This document shows positions 29,742 to 39,753 of a stretch of 64,000 nt of DNA, piece after piece. The position numbers and the translations under genes were made by a program. How positions within the stretch are numbered: position 1 is the first letter of the stretch; every line of letters starts with the position of its first letter. The notes below the pieces were generated by a model. The model made no database searches. It was given only the letters and a program-made list of their open reading frames with translations, and was not told where the DNA came from. The stretch is taken from positions 134,539-198,538 of the forward strand of contig CAVQAR010000009.1 in NCBI GenBank assembly GCA_963710425.1, given 5' to 3'. The DNA comes from an uncultured delta proteobacterium (GTDB lineage: Bacteria > Desulfobacterota > Binatia > Binatales > Binataceae).

Positions 29742-31262
29742 TTAAGTGGGCGCGACTTCCGCGAGCGCGATCGAATCGGCGGCTATCGCTGGAACGTAGT
29801 AAGCCTCGGGCGATCCCCACACTGTGGCCGGTCGCGGCGTCGATCCAACCGCGAGCGGATGCTCGAAAACCTGCGCGATGTTGGCATTGATGCGCAAACA
29901 GTTGGGGGCGAGCGGTTCCACGATTTCGCCGTCGCGAATCAGGTGCGAATCGCCGGTGACGGTGCAGGTGAAATCGCCCGCGCGCTGACCATTGATCGGA
30001 TAGGTGTACCAAATGCGGCCGACGTAGATTCCGTCGCCGACGGCGCGGATCAGTTCGCGGTCGCTGACTCCGCCGCGCGCGCGCATCACGACATTGGTGC
30101 CCGCCGAACCGGGACTCGCGTCGAAGCGCCGCCCACCACCTTCGCCGAGCCGGTAACCGCTCAGCGGAGGGAAACGAGTTTCGCGGGTGCGCTCGGACCG
30201 AGCTTCTCGCCGCGATGCTCGTCGGTGAGCATGCGATGGGTGTCGTAGAAATTCGAGAGCAAGCCGACCAGCTTGCCGTCGCGGATCAATTCGACACGGC
30301 GCGTTGGGATTCCTTCACAGGTGATTCGACGCCGAAACGCGCCCGCACTGAACATCGGATTGTCCACGAGGCTCAAGCGTGAATCCATCACGGGCGCGCC
30401 GAATTTCGCGTGATACGCAGAACTGGCGGCATGAAACGCGCCGGTGGCGAGCGAGCCCATCACCATGTAGTTGAGAATCTCGGCGATCGGCTGCGGTCCC
30501 AGCGCCACCCGAAATTTTCCCGGCGCGGGCCGAACGCCGTGCGAGAGAGCGAGCGCGCGGCGAACCGCGTCGCGGCCGATGACGTGAGCGTCGCGACGCA
30601 TCGCGGCCGCAGAATCGCCAAGTGCAGTGGCAGTACCCTTGGCGTCAAGCGATTCGATTATCGAGGTGACCGACGCGTTGAAGTGCGCGCCTTCATCGAC
30701 GCGAACTTCCGAGAAATTCGAGTTGAAGATCGCGATTCGATCGCGAATCACCGATACGTCGCCACCGATGATCAGTCCGGGATGCTCAATTCGCGAGTCC
30801 GCAGGGCGTTTTGCGAACGTCGCGAGCGCGCCGTCGAGCACGTCCCACGCAGCCGCAGCGATCGCACCGTCCCCCACTCTCGCAAGGTCGCTTTTCTCCG
30901 ATGGCGCAGGCTTCGCCGAGCGGAACTGCCGGGAACCCAGGAAAGTGCGGATCGACGACGGCCGCGCTGCGCGCACGGCGGATCGCGTCGCGCACCGAGT
31001 CCGAGGTGAAATCTCCAGCTTCGGATGAGGCGCCGACTTCGTGCGGGTCGCGGCGCATCGCGATTCGCAACTGGAATCCGTCGGCATGAAGCGACTTGAA
31101 CTCCTCGAGACCGCGGCTCGGAATGTCGGAAGTGTAGGCGAGGCGCGCGATACGATGCTCCGCGGTGGCGCAGTAAATCTCGTAGCTCGCGACGTCTTTC
31201 TCGCGCGCAAGAATCCGCGCCGCTTCGCGCGTGAATGACTTGAGTTCTGCGAGCGATCGCAT
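29742..31262 (-). CDS. pmbA: PmbA/TldE-like metalloprotease subunit, broken into three frames
   Basis: Three pieces: 30786..31262 (MRSLAELKSF...HFPGFPAVPLGEA), 30161..31210 (...PSEKSDLARVGDGAIAAAAW...RRITCEGIPTRRVELIRDGKLVGLL) and 29742..30089, preceded in its frame by PPLSGYRLGEGGGRRFDASPGSAGTNVV. Indels near 30890..30925 and 30165..30215. The start overlaps the tldD stop (ATGA). Confidence 0.8.
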
Positions 31263-32843
31263 CAGTTGCCCGCCAGGCGCGCGCGCGAGCGCAGAGTCGG
31301 GCCGCCGTTGGACATCCGCTTGACCTGCATCGGCTGCCCCTTGCCGCAGTTGGGAATCGCGATCAGCCGCAAATCGTTGCCAACCGCATCGACGTTGGTG
31401 AAAAAGCTCTTCGAGTCGGCGATCACGCTGCCTGAGCGAAATAAGCGCCCTATTCTGCCGTGATCGATCTCGTAAACGCGTCGTGCGGAGATTCGAAAAT
31501 TTTCGCGCGATTCGGAGATCGAGGGGATCTGATGGCCGCAGACGTAATAGCCGTGCTCGACGTCGGCGATAATTTTTTCAGGCGGCTTCTCACCGGGCAG
31601 AAAAAAAGTATTCGACATTCTGATCAGCGGCACATGCCATCCCTCACTCGCGCGCGCCGAGCCGTTGGGCTCCGCAGCTGAGCACCGCAGCGGTCGCGCG
31701 CGAATTCAGGAAGCCACTGAAGATGCCGCGCTCGATGTGCGTCACGCGGCGTCCGCGTGTGCCTTCGTGGTCGTAGCGATAGTGGCCGTAGCCATCGAGA
31801 CTCGGATCGGAGCACGCCGACAGCAGCGTTGACGCGACTTGTTTGCCCAACTGGTTGTCGGCGAGCGAGTGCAGAAACCAACTGCGCCCCGCGTACGCGG
31901 CTTCCATCTTGAGCGCGCGGTCGGCTTCGCACGGATGTCCGATCACTTCGTGCGAGACGAGCGCGTTGAAATGCGGGTCGGTAACGACGACCACCTCGCC
32001 GTCCGGCGCCTTGAGGACGGGCGCGGCCGCCAGTTCGCGCGCTTCGGTTGCAAGGCCGATGCAAAATTTCGCGAGCGGAGGATTCGGCATCAACTCGCCG
32101 CGCCATCCGTCGCTCAGGCATTCGAGCCCGCGCTGCTGGCCAATCGAGTCGTAACTTTCCTGATGACCGTCGCCGATTTGCGCGACGACATAACAATCGC
32201 CCTGCGAAAATGCGTACGCCTGCGAGACCACCGTGCCCGCGGTGTCGATGAAAATCTCGCGGCGCATCTCGGTCATGGCCGCGACGACCTGGTACGCGAT
32301 AGCGTCGCCGAGCCCAGCGATCTCGTGCGAGGCGTCGAGCGAAATTGTTTTGAGCTCGTCGGTCGAGAGTGAGCGTGGATCGCGGCTGAAAGTAGCTTCG
32401 ACATCGTCGCGAACTTTTTTGCGCGACGGAATTGGCGCAACGAGGAGGCCTTTCGCCGCGTCGCCGAGGTGCGTGATGAGATCAGTTTTTTTGCGCGCGC
32501 TGAAACGCGCGCGATCGTAAGCTTCATTCAGCCCGCGCCGCAGTTCAGCGACTAACTTGGCTGGTCGACCCGCCAGCGCGCCGATCTCTGCGCCGGTCTG
32601 GCCGTGACCAACGGGTCCCGCGCGATCCGCCACATGAACCGAGACAAAATACGCGGCGCTCTCGCTCTCAGAGCCGTCGCGCGGCTCACCATTCACGGCC
32701 GCGCCGGAGCGGTTGAAGACCACCTCGAAGCGAAGATCGGCATACACGATGCCGCGCTTCGACCGTGCGAACCGCGCGAGGATGCCCTCGCCCTCGCGGC
32801 GCAGGTACTCGATCGCCTCGAACAGGTCGCCGCGCCCGATCAA
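31262..32843 (-). CDS. tldD: TldD-like metalloprotease, frame disrupted
   Basis: ORF 31644..32843 (TTG start) contains SHEVIGHPCE (HExxxH). It ends ...FLNSRATAAVLS, and the adjacent frame continues AEPNGSARASEGWHVPLIRMSNTFFLPGE (ORF 31262..31633). Indel near 31664..31682. Confidence 0.85.
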
Positions 32844-32854
32844 GTGAGCCGCAT

Positions 32855-34051
32855 CTAGATGATGCCTTCGCGCTTGAGATCTTCGAGCTGACTGGCGCCG
32901 AGGCCGAGCAGCTCGCCGTAAACGTCGGCGTTATGCTGGCCGAGCAGCGGAGCCGACGTGACTTCAACCGGCGAGTCCTCGAGCCGCACCGGACATCCCG
33001 GCATGGTGAAATCGCCGCGCACGGGATGGTTGATCGTGACGATCATACCGCGCTCCTTGAGATGCGGATCGTTCAGCAGCTCGACACTGTCAAGCACCGC
33101 GCCGCATGGGACGCCGGCCTCGCCGAGGATGCGCATCACTTCGAACTTGGTGTGGCGACTGGTCCATTCGGTGATCATCTCGGTCAGCGGCTCGACGTTC
33201 TTGGCGCGATTGCGTCCCGCGAAACGTTCTTCGCTTGCCACTTCGGGACGGCCGATCACTTTCCACAGGCTCTCGAACATTTCGGGCGAGGTGCACAGGA
33301 TGTAGCAATAGTCGTTGTCGCCGCCGGGCGCGCACTTGTAGATGTCGCCGGGACCGCCGCCGCCGACGCGGTTGCCGGTGCGCGGCGTGGGCTTGTGCGT
33401 GATGTACGTGCCCATCATCGGGACGCGCACGAAATTCAGCACCGCTTCCTGCATCGCGACTTCGACTTTCTGTCCCTTGCCGGTACGCTCGCGCTGGATG
33501 TACGCGGCGAGCACGCCGACCGCCGCATGCATTCCAGTACCAGTATCGCCAATCGTCGGTCCGGGCTTGAGCGGCGGCGAACCGGGAAATCCCGTGAGCG
33601 CCATCGCGCCGCCGGACGCCTGCGCAATCATGTCGAAACTTTTGTATTTACTGTACGGCCCGTGCGTGCCGAAGCCTTTGATGGTCAAGTAGATGAGTCG
33701 CGGATTTATTTCGCGCAGGCGATCGTAGCCGAGGCCAAGGCTTTCGAGCGTGCCGAGCGAGAAATTTTCCGTCAGCATATCGACTTGCTTGACCAGGTCG
33801 ATGAACATCGCGCGGCCCTTCTCGCTCTTGAGGTTGAGCGTGATGCCGCGTTTGTTGGCGTTGAGCAGAATGAAGTAGTACGAATCGACGCCCTGCTTTT
33901 CGGTCAGCAGCCAGCGGCCCTGCTCGCCCATCTTTGGCGACTCGACTTTGATGACGTCGGCGCCGAGCCACGCAAGCATCTCGGTGCACGAGGTGCCCGC
34001 CTCGAACTGCGTCATGTCCAGAACTTTGACCCCAGCCAGCGCTTTTTCCAT
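32855..34051 (-). CDS. family III CoA-transferase (CaiB/BaiF, formyl-CoA-transferase-like)
   Basis: Start trimmed to MEKALAGVKVLDMTQFEAGTSCTEMLAWLGADVIKVE (AGGAGG RBS). About 398 aa, typical family III pattern. Confidence 0.85.
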   Translation of the reverse strand: MEKALAGVKVLDMTQFEAGTSCTEMLAWLGADVIKVESPKMGEQGRWLLTEKQGVDSYYFILLNANKRGITLNLKSEKGRAMFIDLVKQVDMLTENFSLGTLESLGLGYDRLREINPRLIYLTIKGFGTHGPYSKYKSFDMIAQASGGAMALTGFPGSPPLKPGPTIGDTGTGMHAAVGVLAAYIQRERTGKGQKVEVAMQEAVLNFVRVPMMGTYITHKPTPRTGNRVGGGGPGDIYKCAPGGDNDYCYILCTSPEMFESLWKVIGRPEVASEERFAGRNRAKNVEPLTEMITEWTSRHTKFEVMRILGEAGVPCGAVLDSVELLNDPHLKERGMIVTINHPVRGDFTMPGCPVRLEDSPVEVTSAPLLGQHNADVYGELLGLGASQLEDLKREGII

Positions 34052-34159
34052 TGCGATCCTCCTGCCGCTTGCAACTACCTGATCTAGCGCCAGCAGCGGA
34101 GCGGCGGCAAGCCTCGAATCCTGCATGGGGTTAAGTCTTCCGCCGCGGTCTGGTAGATC

Positions 34160-35308
34160 ATGATGAACAGGCAAATGGCAGACACCGCATTATCGAAGCT
34201 CGCGCGAATCCGCGAAGAACTGAATCGGATGTTCCTCGAACGCATCGATCTGATCGACGGCGCAATCGTGGCGATGCTGTCGGCGAATCACGTCCTGATA
34301 ATCGGGCCCCCGGGTACGGCGAAATCGATGCTCGCCGACGAACTCTGCCGGCGAATCGAAGGGGCGAACTATTTTCAGTGGCTGCTGACGAAGTTCAGCA
34401 CGCCGGAGGAAATCTTCGGCGCGGTCAGCCTGAAGGGACTCGAGGAAGACGACTACCGGCGCGTCACGACGCACAAACTGCCCGAGGCGCACATCGCATT
34501 CCTGGACGAAATCTTCAAAGCCAACTCGTCGATCCTCAACGCGCTGTTGACGATCATCAACGAGCGGATTTTTCACAACGGACGCGAGCGCGTCGCAGTG
34601 CCGCTGATCACGATGTTCGGCGCGTCGAACGAATTGCCCGACGAGGACGAGCTGACCGCGCTTTACGATCGTTTCATGCTGCGCTTCATGGCCGATTACA
34701 TCACTGAGGAGCACGGCTTCATCCGCATGATGGCGGGCGGTCCAGAGCGCGCGCGCACGACGCTGAAATTTGCGGAGCTCGACGAACTGCGCACGACGGC
34801 GGCGTCCGTCACAGTGCCGGGCGCGATCCTTGAGGCGATCGCGCAAATCAGGCGCGAATTGGCGCGCGAGCAAATCGTCGTGTCGGATCGGCGCTGGAAA
34901 AACTCGCTCGGCATCTTGCGCGCGCATGCGATTCTCGCGGGACGCAGCGCAGTGACCGAGGACGATCTGATGTTCCTCGCGCACGTGCTGTGGAAAGATC
35001 CGGAAGAGCGGCCGAAGGTGGTCGAAGCGCTGCGCCGAATCGTCCGCGGATACGAGGACAAGCTGCAGGAGCTGGTGTTCGAGAGCCGCGAGCTGCGCGA
35101 ATACGCCGAGGGTGCGTGGGAGAGCGAGGAGCTGCGGCGGCGCGCGCTGACCGAGGCGAATGCGAAGCTCGCGAATATCGCGGCGCGCTTCGACGTACTG
35201 ATGAAAGAAGCGTCGGACTCGGGGCGGGCGATTGCCAATGCGGAGCGGATGCGCGTCGAGGTCAAAGACATTCAGCAAGCCGTGTTCCGCCGAAGCGTCG
35301 GCGACTAG
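34160..35308 (+). CDS. MoxR-class AAA+ ATPase, RavA-like
   Basis: Walker A LIIGPPGTAKS, FSTPEEIFG, Walker B IAFLDEIFKANSSILNALLTIINER, VSDRRWK. Collinear with the E. coli RavA AAA+ module as I recall it. The C-terminus is coiled-coil-like and lacks a LARA-type domain. Confidence 0.8.
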   Translation: MMNRQMADTALSKLARIREELNRMFLERIDLIDGAIVAMLSANHVLIIGPPGTAKSMLADELCRRIEGANYFQWLLTKFSTPEEIFGAVSLKGLEEDDYRRVTTHKLPEAHIAFLDEIFKANSSILNALLTIINERIFHNGRERVAVPLITMFGASNELPDEDELTALYDRFMLRFMADYITEEHGFIRMMAGGPERARTTLKFAELDELRTTAASVTVPGAILEAIAQIRRELAREQIVVSDRRWKNSLGILRAHAILAGRSAVTEDDLMFLAHVLWKDPEERPKVVEALRRIVRGYEDKLQELVFESRELREYAEGAWESEELRRRALTEANAKLANIAARFDVLMKEASDSGRAIANAERMRVEVKDIQQAVFRRSVGD

Positions 35309-35314
35309 AAATTC

Positions 35315-36097
35315 ATGCCGATCGAAGAATCAACGCCGGCGATCGTGCTTCGCGCGCGCGATTACGCCGACTCGGATCGAATCGTCACGCTGCTGACGCT
35401 GCACGCAGGCAAGCTCAGCGGAATCGCCAAGGGCGCCAAGGCGTCGCGGTATCGTTTCGAGCGCAAGCTCGAACCGTTCTCGCATGTCGTCCTGCATTAT
35501 CGTCGCCGGCCGCACGGGCAGTTGGTGTTTATCACGCGTGCCGAGGCTGCTGACCTTACGCAGCACGTGCTCGACGACGACCTCGCGAAGATCGCGCTCG
35601 GCAGCTACATGCTCGAACTTACCGACGCGCTGACGACCGAAGAGAGCGAGGCGGCGGAGGCGTATCGAGTGCTGTCGGAAGGACTCGGCGCGCTCAGCAC
35701 GCGGTTCGCAGACGCGGCGCTGCGACAGGCTTTCGAGATGCGGCTGCTCGGATGGGCAGGCTTCGGACTCGAGTTCACCCGCTGCCGCATCTGCGCGACC
35801 GCCAACGGCGTCAATGGCGACAATGGCGCGACGGTTTATTTCGTGGTGTCGCGCGGCGGGATTGTATGCGCGAAATGCCGCCCGACAGTGGCGGAAGGTG
35901 CGATCAAACTATCGAGCCGAGGCGCCGCGATCCTCGCGCGACTGGGGATGCTGCCGATGGGTGATTCGCCGGGTTCGGAAGCTGCGGGTCCGGACGGCGC
36001 ACTCGCGCTTGCGCGGTTCATCGGCTCGATCGTCGATCGACGGCTGCGCAGTCAGGAATTTCTCGATTCCGTTTTACCGGGCGCAAGTAAACCCTGA
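35315..36097 (+). CDS. recO: DNA repair protein RecO
   Basis: 260 aa: PAIVLRARDYADSDRIVTLLT (OB fold) and the Zn-finger-like CRICA...CAKC. Begins 6 nt after the ATPase gene. Confidence 0.9.
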   Translation: MPIEESTPAIVLRARDYADSDRIVTLLTLHAGKLSGIAKGAKASRYRFERKLEPFSHVVLHYRRRPHGQLVFITRAEAADLTQHVLDDDLAKIALGSYMLELTDALTTEESEAAEAYRVLSEGLGALSTRFADAALRQAFEMRLLGWAGFGLEFTRCRICATANGVNGDNGATVYFVVSRGGIVCAKCRPTVAEGAIKLSSRGAAILARLGMLPMGDSPGSEAAGPDGALALARFIGSIVDRRLRSQEFLDSVLPGASKP

Positions 36098-36100
36098 CAA

Positions 36101-36703
36101 CTATCCGCCGGTTTCGTCCGCCGGAATTTCTCCAAACATCACTTCGGGCGCGCTGTAGCGGCCGCCATGATGCTCGATCACGACGATGCCGCAGTTGGGC
36201 GGCACATGAGCGTCTTCCCATTTGCCGGTGACGTGCGCCCACACCGCTCGCATCACGCCGCCGTGACTGACGATGACTATCTCATCGTCAGGATATTTTT
36301 TCGCAACCGCGTCAAGCACCGGAGCGACGCGCTTCATCACATCCTCGTGGCTCTCGCCGTTCGGCGCACGCCACACCCATGAGCGCTTGGGATCGAAGGT
36401 GGGATCGTTGGCGATCGACTCGTACGGCTTGCCGGCGAGGTCGCCCAGACTCATCTCGCGGAACCGTTCTTCGTATTCGATTGGGATGCTCAGTTCCGAG
36501 GCAATGATGAGACCGGTCTCGCGGGCGCGCGCGAAGGTGCTCGCTATCACGAGTATCGGCTGAAACTTCAGCTTGATTCTGACGGCCGCTTCCAGAGCCT
36601 GACGGCGCCCGAGGTCCGTGATCTTCGCCTCGCCAGAAGTGGTGAAGCGCCGAATCGCGTTGCCCTCGCTCTCGCCGTGACGAACCATTATCAGTTTGCC
36701 CAT
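36101..36703 (-). CDS. histidine phosphatase family protein (phosphoglycerate-mutase-like)
   Basis: LIMVRHGESEGN catalytic RHG motif, RARETG, and VSHGGVMRA. Confidence 0.85.
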   Translation of the reverse strand: MGKLIMVRHGESEGNAIRRFTTSGEAKITDLGRRQALEAAVRIKLKFQPILVIASTFARARETGLIIASELSIPIEYEERFREMSLGDLAGKPYESIANDPTFDPKRSWVWRAPNGESHEDVMKRVAPVLDAVAKKYPDDEIVIVSHGGVMRAVWAHVTGKWEDAHVPPNCGIVVIEHHGGRYSAPEVMFGEIPADETGG

Positions 36704-36760
36704 AGGGTAGAAATTTTCTCCGAAAATTCAGTTTGGTGCGAACGAACCGGCAGCCAAGCT

Positions 36761-37540
36761 TCAGGTCTTGGGCTTGTCCCCGCCGCCGCTGGTCAGGTTT
36801 GCAAACGCGCGGAAAGGTTCGAACAGATCGATCGGCATCGGAAAAACCGTGGTGGAATTGTTCTCGGTCGCGATCTCCTTGAGCGTCTGCAGGTAGCGAA
36901 GCTGAAGCGTGATCGGACTCTTGCTCATGATCTCGGCCGCATCCGCGAGCCGCTGCGACGCCTGAAATTCGCCCTCCGCCGCGATCACCTTGGCGCGGCG
37001 CTCGCGCTCGGCCTCCGCCTGCGCCGCGATCGCGCGCTGCATGTCCTGCGGCAGGTCGATATTTTTCAATTCGACCAGCGTGACCTTCACGCCCCACGGC
37101 TCGGTTTGCGAATCGACGATCTCCTGGATGCGCGCGTTGAGCTTGTCGCGCTGGCTGAGCAGCTCATCGAGCTCAGTCTGCCCGCCGACCGAGCGCAACG
37201 TGGTCTGCGCCAGTTGCATCGTGGCGAACAGGTAGTTCGCGACCTCGGTCACCGCGCGCGACGGATCGACCACGCGAAAATACAGCACGGCGCTGACCTT
37301 GACCGTCACGTTATCCTTGGTGATGACGTCCTGCGGCGGAATGTCCAGCGTTACAGTCCGAAGATCGATTCGCGCCATCCGCTCGAGCACCGGAATTACG
37401 AAAATCACACCCGGCCCGCGATAGGGAGTGAGGCGTCCAAGGCGAAAGACCACGCCGCGCTCGTACTCGTTGAGGACCTTGAGCCCGCTCAAAACGAAAA
37501 TTACGCCGATGAAGACGACTATGCCGACTCCGCTCGCCAT
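36761..37540 (-). CDS. SPFH/band 7 (stomatin-like) protein
   Basis: Start trimmed to [10 protein letters not shown] (AAGGAG RBS 8 nt upstream). [49 protein letters not shown]. Confidence 0.9.
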   Translation of the reverse strand: MASGVGIVVFIGVIFVLSGLKVLNEYERGVVFRLGRLTPYRGPGVIFVIPVLERMARIDLRTVTLDIPPQDVITKDNVTVKVSAVLYFRVVDPSRAVTEVANYLFATMQLAQTTLRSVGGQTELDELLSQRDKLNARIQEIVDSQTEPWGVKVTLVELKNIDLPQDMQRAIAAQAEAERERRAKVIAAEGEFQASQRLADAAEIMSKSPITLQLRYLQTLKEIATENNSTTVFPMPIDLFEPFRAFANLTSGGGDKPKT

Positions 37541-37623
37541 CGCGATTCTCCTTCGCCCCCAATGCACGCGAGGCTTGTCGATACCCTACGCTATCGTTCG
37601 GACTATTCGAAATCCCGCCAGCT

Positions 37624-38955
37624 TCACGCCTTCTGCACCTGCAACTCCAGCCCGTTGATCGACTGGACACGAGCGCGCGCGCCGGGATTCAGTGCGTCGT
37701 TGCTGACGGCGCGCCAAATCTCGCCATGCACGAAAACTTTGCCGGGCGTACCGGGAGCGATCGCCTCGCGCACTTCACCAACTTCGCCGACCATGCCTTC
37801 GACGCCGGTGCTCGCGCGGTTGCGGCGCTCGCGCGCCACGATATATCCGATGCCGAGAATGATCACCGTCAGCGCCGTTGCGCCGCCGTATATGATGTTG
37901 CGATTCACCGCCAGGTCGGTCTTCGAAGTGTCGATAAAAAACAGCGAACCGATGACGAACGCGGTAACGCCGCCCAGGCCGAGGATTCCGTAGCTGGTGA
38001 CGAAGGCCTCGGAAACTAGCATTCCGACGCCGAGAAAAATCAACAGCAAGCCGGTGAGATTCACCGGCAGCACCTGGAATGACGCGAGCGCCAGCAGCAG
38101 GCATATCGCGCCGGCGACGCCAGGAAAAATCACGCCTGGATGCGCGAACTCGAAGTACAGGCCGATTAATCCCGCCATCAGCAGCAGATAAACGATGTTG
38201 GGATCGGCGAGAATGTTTAGCAGTTGCTGGCCGGGCGTCATCCGCACGCGGCGCACTGCGGCGTCGGCCAGCGCCAGCGTCACGGTTTTGCCCGCAACCT
38301 GAACTTTGCGGCCGGTGGCTTGCGTCAACAGGCTGCGGATGTCGGGTGCGACGATATCGACGACGTTCTTTGCCAGCGCCTCGCGCTCGCCGATCGCGAT
38401 ACTGTGGCGCACGGCCTGCTCGACCCAATCTTCGTTGCGCCCGCGCTGCTGCGCGATGGTGCGCGCGAAGCTCGCGGTGAAGTTCTCGATCTTCTGACCC
38501 ATCGCGCCCTTGATATCCTCGCCGCCCTCCTCCACCGGATGCGCCGCGCCGATGGTTGTCCCTGGCGCCATCGCAGCCACGTTCGCAGCTTCGGTAATGA
38601 ACACGCCGGCGGACGCAGCGGCGGCGCCCGACGGCGCGACGTAAACGATCACCGGCAACGAAGCGGCGAGAATAGCCTTGACGATTCTTTGCGCGGAATT
38701 GAGCAGGCCGCCCGGAGTATCGAGCTGGATCACCAAAGCGCTGGCGCCGTCGGCATTTGCGGACGCGAGCGAATCATCGATGTACGACGCGGTCGCAGGA
38801 TTGATGGAGCCGTCAATCGTGATCAGCTGAACCCAAGGCGGCGTATGCGGAGTGGTCTTCGCGGGCGCGTCGGCGGCAAGAAGTCCTCGCGACACGAACG
38901 ATCCAACTGCAATCGCCAAAGCGGCGACGATGAAGAATCTGGCGCGTGAGTTCAC
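37624..38955 (-). CDS. nfeD: NfeD family membrane-bound ClpP-class serine protease
   Basis: GTG start overlaps the udg stop (GTGA). Signal-like N-terminus, LDTPGG, SAGVFITEAANVAAMAPGT, four or more TM segments, and a C-terminal OB-like GKVFVHGEIWRAV. Immediately upstream of the SPFH gene, the classical pairing. Confidence 0.85.
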   Translation of the reverse strand: MNSRARFFIVAALAIAVGSFVSRGLLAADAPAKTTPHTPPWVQLITIDGSINPATASYIDDSLASANADGASALVIQLDTPGGLLNSAQRIVKAILAASLPVIVYVAPSGAAAASAGVFITEAANVAAMAPGTTIGAAHPVEEGGEDIKGAMGQKIENFTASFARTIAQQRGRNEDWVEQAVRHSIAIGEREALAKNVVDIVAPDIRSLLTQATGRKVQVAGKTVTLALADAAVRRVRMTPGQQLLNILADPNIVYLLLMAGLIGLYFEFAHPGVIFPGVAGAICLLLALASFQVLPVNLTGLLLIFLGVGMLVSEAFVTSYGILGLGGVTAFVIGSLFFIDTSKTDLAVNRNIIYGGATALTVIILGIGYIVARERRNRASTGVEGMVGEVGEVREAIAPGTPGKVFVHGEIWRAVSNDALNPGARARVQSINGLELQVQKA

Positions 38956-39746
38956 GAGCCGGAACCGCCGCGCCGCGGTATCGGCATCCCGAGATACTTC
39001 ATCACTTCCTGGATGTCCGCCCACACCAGCCGCTTGTCGCCCGGGGTGCGCAACAGGTACGCAGGATGAAACGTCGGCATGAACCGGATGCCGCGAAAAT
39101 CCTGCCAGTTGCCGCGCAGCTTGCTGATAGGAATCTTCACCTTGAGGATCGCCTGCACGGCGAACGTCCCCAGCCCGACGATCGCGCGAGGTCGCACGAG
39201 ATCGATTTGCCGAAACAGAAACGGCTCGCACGCCGCGACCTCGTCAGGCTCGGGATTTCGATTGTCGGGCGGGCGGCACTTAATCACGTTGCAGATGTAC
39301 ACGTCGGCGCGGCTGATACCCATGCCACGCTCGATGATGTCGGTCAGCAATTGACCGGCGCGACCGACGAACGGCTCGCCGCGAGCGTCCTCGTCAGCAC
39401 CCGGCGCCTCGCCAACGAACATCAAGTCCGCGTGGGGATTGCCCGCTCCAAAAACAAGGTTGGTGCGCCGCGGTGCAAGCTTGCATCGCTGGCAATCGCC
39501 GATAAACGTTCGCAACTCGTCGAGGGTCGAGGATTTTTCGAGCCCCGGATATTTTGAGAACAGTTCGGTCGGCATCGGCGCGGCGTCGGGCTTGCTCGAT
39601 GCGGGCGCCGGCGCGGTGGGCGTCGCGCGCGGTGTGGAAGACAGCGCGGCGGGAAGCCCTTCCATGCCCTCTTCGCGCAACTGCTCGACGTAGTCGCGGA
39701 TCGTGGCGACCAGCGTGCGGCGATCGAGCGGCGATGAAGCGTCCAT
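38952..39746 (-). CDS. udg: uracil-DNA glycosylase, family 4
   Basis: CQRCKL...FVGEAPGADEDARGEPFVGRAG (motif A), ICNVIKCRPP, and FHPAYLLR (motif B). Start trimmed to MDASSPLD. Confidence 0.85.
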   Translation of the reverse strand: MDASSPLDRRTLVATIRDYVEQLREEGMEGLPAALSSTPRATPTAPAPASSKPDAAPMPTELFSKYPGLEKSSTLDELRTFIGDCQRCKLAPRRTNLVFGAGNPHADLMFVGEAPGADEDARGEPFVGRAGQLLTDIIERGMGISRADVYICNVIKCRPPDNRNPEPDEVAACEPFLFRQIDLVRPRAIVGLGTFAVQAILKVKIPISKLRGNWQDFRGIRFMPTFHPAYLLRTPGDKRLVWADIQEVMKYLGMPIPRRGGSGS

Positions 39747-39753
39747 TCGAGGT

